Positions 23,276-32,647 of a DNA stretch of 62,599 bases are shown piece after piece. Made by a program: the position numbers and the translations under genes. A model generated the notes under the pieces. It worked only from the letters and a program-made list of their open reading frames with translations. It was not told where the DNA came from and did not search any database. The stretch's first letter is position 1, and each line of letters opens with the position of its first letter. Location: assembly GCA_013115145.1 (NCBI GenBank), contig JAAPAO010000147.1:1-62599 (forward strand), given 5' to 3'. Source of the stretch: Perkinsus chesapeaki ATCC PRA-425 (lineage: Eukaryota > Protista > Perkinsozoa).

Positions 23276-24130
23276 ATGGCCGGCTGTTGTATTGCAACCT
23301 CTAAGCTCATAAACTACTTCATCAACACTATTATATTCTTATTAGGAGCTCTGGTGACTGCTGTGGCAATCTATCTTCTGGTCTCCGATTTCAATAAGCT
23401 CCTACGAGAGTGGTGGATTTGGGTTGGCGTTGCTGCCGGCATAGTCCTTATTATTGCAGCATTGCTCGGCTGTGGTGCCACTCATAAACAGAACAGGTTC
23501 ATCCTCACAGCGTTCCTCTTCCTGGCGGGAGTTGTCTTCACCCTTCTCTGCATAACTGCAATTGCCTCCACTCTCTCATTGAGTCACGTTAAAGCTATAA
23601 GCGAGCTCAACAGCCCACAGCTTAACGCGCTCACTGGTCGCAATCAAAGCACCTACCGGTTCATTCGCCAAGCCTACGGTGAGATCTACAACACCGCCGA
23701 ATGTACCGGCGGTATTGCCACCTTCTCGAGCGGCGCACCTTCCTTCACCGCGATCCAGTGCAAGGAGTCCAATGCCATTGCCAAGACCCTTAACGGTTGG
23801 CTTAATGCCGATAGGTCTTCGGGTATCACCGCAGCTTCATTCGCCATTTGCGTTGCCCAAGCTGGCGCAGATGAAGAATTCGAAGGTGGTGTTCCCGCGG
23901 CAAACGCTTGGTGTGGAAGCAACACCACTGTTATCAAGCTAGTCGACAAATGGAGTCTAGGCATCCTCATCGCACTCTGGGTTATCACTGCATTTGTCCT
24001 CATCGTTGGCATCGCCAACTGTGTTCTTATATCCGGCAATAAGAAGAAGAAAGGTAAAGTCATAGAGAAGCCCCAAGGGGTCGTATACGGCCAACCCGCT
24101 CACGGTGGTGTCCAAGTTGTCAGGGTTTAA
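23276..24130 (+). CDS. Tetraspanin-like protein 7
   Basis: Paralog starting MAGCC, with WCGSNTTV motif. Confidence 0.8.
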   Translation: MAGCCIATSKLINYFINTIIFLLGALVTAVAIYLLVSDFNKLLREWWIWVGVAAGIVLIIAALLGCGATHKQNRFILTAFLFLAGVVFTLLCITAIASTLSLSHVKAISELNSPQLNALTGRNQSTYRFIRQAYGEIYNTAECTGGIATFSSGAPSFTAIQCKESNAIAKTLNGWLNADRSSGITAASFAICVAQAGADEEFEGGVPAANAWCGSNTTVIKLVDKWSLGILIALWVITAFVLIVGIANCVLISGNKKKKGKVIEKPQGVVYGQPAHGGVQVVRV

Positions 24131-24351
24131 CCCTACTTACGTACTCAAGGCCTTATTTGTACTGGTCCCTCCACACCAGAGGGCCTACGCTTGCTCTTTT
24201 GTACCTTCATTACTTCCCTCTTCTCCTGCTGCAGTTATTGCGCAGCTGTTGACGGCCTGTGTGTCGTCTAGACGGACAAAGCTGCAGCGTCGAGTTCAGT
24301 TTTTATAATAAGAACGATTATCATTCATATAGCACTCGAGTTCATCCCAAA

Positions 24352-25194
24352 ATGGCAGGCTGCTGTACAGCAACTTCGAAGCTTCTCAACTATCTGGTCA
24401 TGTTCGTGGTGTTCCTTGTTGGTGCCCTTGTACTGGCCGTATCGATATATGTCCTGGCCTCCAATTTCCGTCATCTCCTAAGAGACTGGTGGCTATGGGT
24501 TGCCGTGGCCTCGGGAATAGTTATCATTATTGTATCACTTCTTGGATGCTCTGCCACTAGGAAGCAAAACCGTTGTCTCTTATCTGTCTTCCTTGTTGTA
24601 ATCGGAGCCCTCTTCGCCCTGCTCTGTGTAGCAGCGATTGCTTCCACTATCTACATGAGTAATCTCAATAGGATTGGTGATATGAACTTCAATCAGCTTA
24701 ACACACTCACAGGTTCTGATAGAGATACTTATGACTTTATAAGACAGTCGTACGGTTCCACCTACAATACGACCAAGTGTTCCGGCGGTCAGTGCCGCTT
24801 CATCGGTCCGGCTATCGCTTGCTCGGCTATCACCTGCGAGACATCTTCGAGTGTCGCTAATACTCTCAACGAGTGGCTCTCAGAGGGTCTCAAGGCTCCA
24901 GGCATTACTCAACAGTCTTTCGATACATGCGTATCATTGGCTACATCAGACACTTCCTTTGATGGTGGGCAGAGTGGTGCCAGTGCTTGGTGCGGTAGCA
25001 GCACGCGTGTGATCGGCCTTATTAACGGTTGGTCCCTCGGTATGTTGATTGGTTTATGGGTCATCACGGCATTTATATTGATCCTTTGCATTGCTAACTG
25101 TGTTCTGATATGCGGAAAGAAGAGACAACAACATCAACAAGGTGTGGTGATTGCCAAGCCCGCCGAGCACGTACAAGTCATCACTAAAGTGTAG
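24352..25194 (+). CDS. Tetraspanin-like protein 8
   Basis: Paralog starting MAGCC, with WCGSSTRV motif. Confidence 0.8.
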   Translation: MAGCCTATSKLLNYLVMFVVFLVGALVLAVSIYVLASNFRHLLRDWWLWVAVASGIVIIIVSLLGCSATRKQNRCLLSVFLVVIGALFALLCVAAIASTIYMSNLNRIGDMNFNQLNTLTGSDRDTYDFIRQSYGSTYNTTKCSGGQCRFIGPAIACSAITCETSSSVANTLNEWLSEGLKAPGITQQSFDTCVSLATSDTSFDGGQSGASAWCGSSTRVIGLINGWSLGMLIGLWVITAFILILCIANCVLICGKKRQQHQQGVVIAKPAEHVQVITKV

Positions 25195-26303
25195 TGTAGC
25201 CTGGCTTCTTCAAGGTCCAGTTAACTGTCTTCACCGGGTTGAAGGCTTAACACGCTTATTGCGAACAACATTAGGAGGGGTGTTTATAAGTTTATTCTTT
25301 ATCGCTGCGATAACATTACCAATATCAATTGTTTAATGCAGCTTCCGCTTTCCTATTTCGCGTTAGAGTCAGAGTAACACCAAAAATATGATGCATTACA
25401 TCCAGGCGGGACACGGCGATCCAGGCACAAGGCGCAGCGTAGTCATAACACAACGAGTACAGATTGGTCCCATAGTGAATGAGATGGGACAGTATCACTG
25501 CCGCAGTGAAGAGAGTGAGTAATAGGTAAAGTAAAAGCACAAGTGAAGTTACTCGATGGTACGACAATTGTGCGAAAGACAGGAATTGTGTGAGCTGTAT
25601 TAGTGCAGCGGTGGTGTGCCTCTCAGTAAGTATCAGATGTCCGGCGGTTTGCTAAATTGGAATGGAACATCTCCAAGTGGTCGAAAACATATTGTTAATT
25701 GTACTCGAAGGGTTGTAATATAAACCTTGATATCAAAGCGAAGTGTTATCAGACGCATCTGCCCAGAGAACACTTGAAATCCCTCAATGGATCACACACT
25801 TGTAGCCACCGCTACCGGCATAGGCGTTTCTCGAAGTTCCACATCATACACTGTTTGCTATATTACATGTACCGTATCTCACGAACCTCGCCTCAATTCT
25901 TGCAAGTTATCCATAACACAACAGGGCGGAGCAATAACGAACTTTTAGGAGTATGATCCTTGAGATCAAGTATGATCTCAGAAAAATAGAAACAGGTCTT
26001 TCGGCCAGAGTATTAGTCGACGGACTAGTACCAGAGCCGGGCTAGCCAGCCGGCCAGGCAGTGCATCACTGCTCGCTGGCCACCGAGAGGAAATGAAAAC
26101 ATCGTCAGCCTAAGCTCGAGGATGATCTATTTGATATCGTTGCACTCGTCAACGCCTTGCATCAACCTTCTTGTGAAGGCTGTGTCGAGCAGCATGGAGT
26201 GTGAAGATTTGTAACAACTACTAAGGCATGAGAATGTCCAAGAAAGGTGCCTGTCTAGATGATTGAGGGTGGAGTTACCGAAGACTTAGATCACATCTGA
26301 TTC

Positions 26304-26378
26304 AGAAAGCTTCAGAGCAGTTGGTTTTGCTTCCTCAGATGATCTGAAGACGCAAAACCAACTGCTCTGAAGCTTTCT
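26304..26378. repeat. 75-nt inverted repeat (perfect 27-bp arms)
   Basis: agaaagcttcagagcagttggttttgc (26304-26330) and its exact reverse complement (26352-26378). The spacer also pairs partly (tcagat/atctga). Confidence 0.95.
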
Positions 26379-26439
26379 TCGAAATTGAAGAAATCGCCCC
26401 AAGCAGGGCAAGCGGCTTTACCTCTCTCTACGAGATCAT

Positions 26440-26930
26440 CTACAGTCTTACGTTAGGATAAGCAGTTAGCTTGTACTCTTCACCAGGGCCTTGGTATACC
26501 AGCGTATAGAGCATGCAATCAGTATCTCCGGAAGCACAGCCAAATCTCACGTAAACCGTATGATCGAGGTGTATATCATACTGGATCTTCACGGGTGAGT
26601 TGGTTTCTTTAATGAGGAATCTCCCGGGTACAAGAGGTAGCCATCCAGAATCATGGATCCTGTCTTTCAGGATAAGGATCGTCATGCTCTCCCCAAAAGG
26701 TCATTACCAAGTTGCCGGCGTTATTGACGTAGAAGGAGAGCAGGTCATCGTCAGTATGGCGAGGCGAGGGCACACCTTCCTAGAACGAGCCACCCAGGCT
26801 ACATGGCGCTCATCCGACCTTCCGTCAGGGGACTCATGGACAAGACCGTCATGGGGCTTTCGGGGTCCCTTAGCATAAGAAAACCTCGTAACGTTCACAA
26901 CCACAATCGATGGAGAATATACCATACCCT
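26440..26930 (-). pseudogene. Pseudogene of the 27-32 kb secreted-protein family
   Basis: GYGIFSIDCG, VAWVARSRKVCPRL and WLPLVPGR..IQYDIH..VYVRFGCASGDT..QGPGEEYKLTAYP occur in different frames with stops. The C-terminus is truncated. Confidence 0.75.
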
Positions 26931-27325
26931 GTTTGAAGGATCTGGAAATAGGTTCGGCCATTTCATAAAACTAGCTCACTATCATGCACTCTACAAATGT
27001 ATTATCCGCACAGTCACGCCCATCATAGGTGTTATCTAAGATCATTTGATAAATGTTCGAGACTCATCATAACACAACAACAAGCAACGGGAGTCAAGAA
27101 TCTGTATCCAGCAGCTCTGACAAAAGCTTCGCTTAAAAACTGTGAGAGCGGACCCCGCTCAGCGGAGACTCGAGTAAAAGGATACGACAAACTGGTCTCG
27201 AGTAAGGTGTTTCGATACATAACATCAATATATATTCATTCAGATATATCATCCTTAGAATATAAAGTATAAGAGGGATCCCCAGAATATAGAGACGCCG
27301 TGGGGGTAGCTAGTATCCGGAAGTC

Positions 27326-28066
27326 TTAGAGAGGTTGTTTAAAAAGACGATCTTTTTCGTAGTTACCGAAGGCGTATACCACATCCGGAGTAGCAAAACC
27401 AGCCGTTATAAAGCTTCCGTAGAAATCGAAGTAATCAGTCCACATAGGGCAGACTGACTTGAACTTCGTAACGAGATCATCCACGGTGTTACGTCCAGGA
27501 TAAGCCGTCAACCTGTACTCTTTACCAGGGCCTTGATCTGACATAACTGAAATCTGAAATCTGACATAAACCGCGTTATCAGGATGTATATCATATTGGA
27601 TCGTCCATCTGGACATGCTTGAATTGGTCATGTATCTCCCGGGAGAAAGCGGTAACCACTCACGCTTCAGGACGACATAATTCCCTCCAAGTTGAGTTCC
27701 AAGGTCGCCATCACTATTGATGTAGAAACCGAGGAGGTCTTGAATACCGAGGTTGAGGTGAGGGCATGCCTTTTCAACACCAGTTAGCCAGGATACAAGG
27801 CGCTCATCGGAGAAATCGTCAGGGAACTCGTGCACTTGACGGACCTGTTCGGGCTCCCTCCTCAAAGGGAATGGGCCATCTTCAAAAGGCTCGCGTCCGC
27901 AGTCAATCGAGAAAACACCATAGCCATCATTGGTAGTGGTGAAGGTCATCTTTAATTGAGAGGGACCATCCGATATGTAGACGAAATTACCATAGTCGCC
28001 TGAGGGTGAGGGAGGGGGAGCGGACGAAGGCGGAGGAGGAGGGGACGAGGCTCGATTGGCTACCAT
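27326..28066 (-). CDS. Lineage-specific family member (signal peptide replaced by Pro-rich N-terminus)
   Basis: Intronless 246-aa ORF with DYGNFVY, DGPFPL, REWLPLSPGRY and QGPGKEY motifs. It has an internal deletion relative to the 29738 copy. Confidence 0.7.
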   Translation of the reverse strand: MVANRASSPPPPPSSAPPPSPSGDYGNFVYISDGPSQLKMTFTTTNDGYGVFSIDCGREPFEDGPFPLRREPEQVRQVHEFPDDFSDERLVSWLTGVEKACPHLNLGIQDLLGFYINSDGDLGTQLGGNYVVLKREWLPLSPGRYMTNSSMSRWTIQYDIHPDNAVYVRFQISVMSDQGPGKEYRLTAYPGRNTVDDLVTKFKSVCPMWTDYFDFYGSFITAGFATPDVVYAFGNYEKDRLFKQPL

Positions 28067-28239
28067 TGAACCGATTGTCGTGAGGTAAGATAGGGACGTT
28101 CAGGTGACTGAGCTAGCACGTTGTCAGGCTTACTCAATAATCAAACGCGTATACTCTCTGATGGTGCTTCATTGGGGTCCACAGGTAGCCACTTCCAGTT
28201 GAATCCCACTCCTGTTGCTAACGATGTTTCAGGTCACTC

Positions 28240-28976
28240 GCTGTCTCGAATTCCTACATGATTTGCTTACTTTCGGGCAAAACATATATGCCCGAGGTCT
28301 ACCTTATAGAGTACTATCCCACTCAGGACAGACAGTTTTAAACTTCGTAATGAGGTCATCCACGGTGTTAGGTCCAGGATAAGCAGTCAACTTGTATTCC
28401 TTACCAGGGCCTTGAGATACCATATTATAGAGCATGTAGCCAGTGTCTCCGCTTTCACAGCCAAATCTAACATGAGCCGCATGATCGGGATGGATATTAT
28501 ACTTAAGAATCAACGAGGACTCAGAAACTAACAGGTACCTCCCTGGGGAAAGCGGTAACCATTCCCGCTCAAGCTTGATAAACTGGCCTCTGAGTTTAGT
28601 TTCAAGGTTACCCTCACGAGTGACGTAGAAGAAGCGGAGGTCATCAATGGCCACGGTGAGGCCAGGGCATACCTTTTCAACACCAGCTAGCCAGGCCGCT
28701 TGGCGCTCATCAGAGTGATCGCGAGGAAACGCGTGAATCTGACCACGCGGGATTCCTACAGGGTCCCTCCTCAGAATGAATGGACCAGCTTCGTAAGCTT
28801 CGCCACCGCGGTCAATCGAGAAAAAAGCCATAACCCTTGTCGGTAGCGTTGAATGTCGTCTTCATTTGAGAGGGACCATTCGACGTTTAAACGAAGTTAC
28901 CGTAGCCGGCTGGGATGGGTGAGTTTGCACCGGCAATGGAAATGACGGAAGAGAGAGCGATGAAGGATAGAGTCAT
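28240..28976 (-). pseudogene. Pseudogene of the secreted-protein family
   Basis: MTLSFIALSS..GYGNFV is followed by TAA where paralogs have Tyr. There is a frameshift at GYG-FFL and a premature stop after CPEWDSTL. Confidence 0.8.
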
Positions 28977-29085
28977 GAATAAAGGAGAGAGTTTGCCTGA
29001 GAGTGGAAGCATAATTGCCAAGCCTGCTAAGGAATCCGGAAGGGCCCCTGGAAGAGTTGTGTTCTTTCAGTCGTCTCCAATCCCG

Positions 29086-29140
29086 TCGAGACGAGACATT
29101 GACAGGCTGCAGGTGACGCGCCACATCGAGACGAGACATT
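29086..29140 (-). promoter_or_regulatory. Two copies of the upstream motif AATGTCTCGTCTCGA (40-nt period)
   Basis: The motif also occurs upstream of the 29738 gene (29592-29603) and the 31428 gene (31239-31252). Its core GTCTCGTCTC is upstream of tetraspanin 1 (16400-16409). Confidence 0.5.
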
Positions 29141-29737
29141 TTCCGGCAGACGCGAGTGCGGTTACAAATTGTAACTTACAATATGGTCGATTGGTTACCA
29201 CTGAAGCAATTGCAATAAGCTAAAGATGAGACTCTCTGATGACTGAGCTAGCATCTTCAGCTAGCGACGTGTGTTTTTAGGACGACGTGTGGAGAGCAGA
29301 CGGATAAATGGTAAGAGACAAAACACGTGGCCGTCTCATGATGTGACCTTGTTTTGGAAGGACGATCGTTGAACGTCACTGTCTCCACATAAGTTAGCTG
29401 TCGAACAAAGTAAACATCTTGCGCCATCTCGCACTATAATCTAAAATGTCGAATGCGATGTACTCATGAGCATCCCACAGAGAGTACGAGACCATTGAGC
29501 CCTAATGCGGCAGCGCTGTCTCACTACTGTCGGCCATCATGCAATATCACCTCTCGGCTGCCGAGTGATGTCCGTCTCGGCTGCCCGGTAGTGTCTCGTC
29601 TCGGCTGGCTGGCGGGCGATATCGCATCCACGCCTAGAGAGAGACGGTTTGTAAAGCAGAACGGATTCCCCGCAGCAAAGATATCGTCGGATTATTATCA
29701 AGTCTGTGGTCCCTCAGGGAAAGTTTCCAATTCCTCT

Positions 29738-30511
29738 ATGGTTTTCTCATTCATCGCTCTCTCTTCCGTCACTTTCATCGCCGGATCAGCCTCGCCCTTC
29801 CCAGAAGATTATGGCAACTTCGTTTACACATCCAGTGGCCCCGATCCCGTAGTAGTGTCGTTTAGCGCTACTAAAGACGGGCATGGTACATTATCAATTG
29901 GTAGTGGCCAGAGAACTTACAACGACGGCCCCTTCCCTCTGGTCCGAGACCCCGAGAGTATCGAGTACGGTGCGATCTATGAACCAGTAGACGGTTACAA
30001 TGATCCTCGTCCCCAGGAATGGCTTGATGGAGCTCGGGAGATATACCCCCATCTTGACTTTCAAGATCAAGACTTCGCAAGTTTTAGCCTCGATAATGAT
30101 GGCAATCTTGAAACTGAGATTGAAGGAGAATACACCACCCTAAAGAGGGAATGGTTACCACTCTCTCCCGGGAGATACATGACGGATTCTAGCAAATCCC
30201 AATATACGATCCAGTATGATATACATCCTGATAACGCGGTTTATGTTAGATTTGGCTGTTCTTCCGGAGACACTGGTTATATGATCTATAAGCTGGTATC
30301 TCAAGGCCCTGGTAAAGAGTACAAGTTGACGGCTTATCCTGGACGCAATACTGTGGATGATCTCGTCACGAAGTTCAAAACTGTTTGCCCGGCGTCGGCT
30401 GATTCCTTCGATTTTGAAAGCGACTTCATTACGGTTGGTTTTGCTACTCCGGATATGTTATATGCTTTCGGTGACTACATCTACGACCGTCTTGTCAGGC
30501 AACCTCTCTAA
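29738..30511 (+). CDS. Lineage-specific secreted protein
   Basis: Signal-peptide-like MVFSFIALSSVTFIAGSAS followed by the family motifs. Intronless. Confidence 0.8.
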   Translation: MVFSFIALSSVTFIAGSASPFPEDYGNFVYTSSGPDPVVVSFSATKDGHGTLSIGSGQRTYNDGPFPLVRDPESIEYGAIYEPVDGYNDPRPQEWLDGAREIYPHLDFQDQDFASFSLDNDGNLETEIEGEYTTLKREWLPLSPGRYMTDSSKSQYTIQYDIHPDNAVYVRFGCSSGDTGYMIYKLVSQGPGKEYKLTAYPGRNTVDDLVTKFKTVCPASADSFDFESDFITVGFATPDMLYAFGDYIYDRLVRQPL

Positions 30512-31427
30512 ACACCGCCTATGACCCGTGGAGGGCGGCTTACTCTTCATCGAGTTTCGTCATTTAACACTTCCCCTCATTAAGTAGTTGATATTCTTTA
30601 AGACCTTGATGGGCGTAGTACGTCCGACGTACCGATGATACCGATCGGAACATCTTCTTCAAGGCTACTTTCACCGTCTTTTATATATTCGGGACTTTCC
30701 GGTATTCCTGTTGAAGCTCAATACACTCCAATTTGTTGCTATAGTTTGTTGTGTTGGTGCTCAGTTATACAGCTGTAGTCAAACGAGGGGGGCCAGTCGA
30801 TTAAGTTCCGCTAATAAGATAAGTTAATCGGAAAGTCTCTATCGAATAGGGACTGTGAGAGGTGAAGGGCTCGAGAATTACCTTTGAAGATTTTCCGAGT
30901 CTCTAACTCCACAAAAAGAATCTTTTTAAAAGAATGTCGGAATCCTTCCTACTTGATAATTTGGGCACCTTATAGCGCAATCAAGCAATGCAGGAAAGTG
31001 AACAGTCAAGCAGAATAATGCCGCTTCTCCCGCAGTCTTTCGTCTTCGACTCGGTTCATTAGAAGATCTTGTAAGCGAGCCACGATCTTCTTAGTGGGAC
31101 TTCCACGGTGGGAGCTATACCTCGATGATATGTCTATTTCAGACATCTGTTTCACATCACTACTGCGAAAATATCGCAAAAAGTGGTCCCATGCTTTAGC
31201 CTCCGTTGGGGGTCCTCCGCTATGGCGCTTGATAGATCAATGTCTCGTCTCGGCGTCACCCCGAGGCTATGTCACGTCTAGGGCAGCTTGGAGACGCCTT
31301 AATCGCCACAGACTTTTCAGCGATAAGAAATGGAAAAATGTCTTTTGGGCTTGGACCGAGTTTAGTGGTCTTGCTAACTATCTCAGTTCATACTAGTTTG
31401 CTCAGGTATATTTTTTATACTCCTTCG

Positions 31428-32195
31428 ATGACTCTATCCTTCATCGCTCTCTCTTCCGCCACTTTGTTCGTCGGATCTGTCGCCCGCTTCCCGGCCGACT
31501 ACGGCAACTTCGTTTACGTGTCCAAGGATCCCTCTCCGGTGAGGATGACATTCAACGCTACAAGAGATGGGTATGGCAAGTTCTCTATTGAATGCGGTTA
31601 TCGACGCTACGAAGACGGTCCATTCCCTCTAAGCAGAGACCCTGAGGAAATAGAGTTCGGTGAGATTCATTCGTTCCCCGAGTTTGACTATGATGTCCGT
31701 CATCAAACCTGGCTGGCTCATGCCAGATGGGCATGTCCACACCTCGAGATAGATGACCAGGACTTCAGATTCTTCAACGCCGATAACGATGGCAACTTGG
31801 AAACCGAGCTTGCTGGCGAGTACACCGTCCTTGAACGGGAATGGTTGCCTCTTTCTCGTGGAAGATACATGACTGATCCCACTAAGGCCGCGGTCCATAT
31901 CCAATACGACGTGCTCAGCTCCGACTTTGCTTATGTAAGATTTGGCTGTGATACCGGGACCACCGGTTACATGCCCTATAGACTTGTATCCCAAGGGCCT
32001 GGTAAACTAAGCAAACTGATGCCCTACCCTGGACGTAGTAGTGTGGACGACCTCGTTAGGCAGTTTAAACGAGCTTGTCCAGTTTGGGCTGACTCCTTCG
32101 ACTTTGACGGGAACTTCAGGACGGTTGGTGCAGCTACCCCTGATGTGCTATACGCCTTCGGTGACTACATCTACGATCGTCTTGTTCTATCTTAA
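31428..32195 (+). CDS. Lineage-specific secreted protein
   Basis: MTLSFIALSSATLFVGSVA followed by the family motifs. Intronless. Confidence 0.8.
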   Translation: MTLSFIALSSATLFVGSVARFPADYGNFVYVSKDPSPVRMTFNATRDGYGKFSIECGYRRYEDGPFPLSRDPEEIEFGEIHSFPEFDYDVRHQTWLAHARWACPHLEIDDQDFRFFNADNDGNLETELAGEYTVLEREWLPLSRGRYMTDPTKAAVHIQYDVLSSDFAYVRFGCDTGTTGYMPYRLVSQGPGKLSKLMPYPGRSSVDDLVRQFKRACPVWADSFDFDGNFRTVGAATPDVLYAFGDYIYDRLVLS

Positions 32196-32647
32196 TTTGT
32201 AAGCACCACGTTTTCATCGCTCAAACGCTCGGTATTCTTGTAAGACCTGGATGGATGCAATAACATCCTACTCGAGGCTCTTTTTGCTCGCAACATCCTT
32301 TTGAACCTCATAAGGTTTTTTATCGAGCATTTACACCGCAACTCTTTTATATGCTCAATGAAGCATTTTTAAAAGTTATTATGTGTGTTGTTACCGAGTA
32401 GTTATCAAATGATGATACGTAGAAATAAGCTGCTGCTAAAGATACTCTTCGTCCTATGCTATGCCTTAGCTCAGTATTGAATAATACGCTTTGTATTGTT
32501 GTTATGCTTCTGCATTGCAGCTTCCCTGCTAAGATGATCACCCCAGTGGTCTTGCTGTGGATTATTAGATATTCGCTTATGTTACTTTTCACTTTTACAC
32601 AACATTAAGACATTCTAACCGAAACATCCAACATGACTTGCGTATAT

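Noticed and set aside
16964-25091. Long antisense ORFs over tetraspanin genes
   Set aside because: These are shadow ORFs caused by codon bias of the sense genes.
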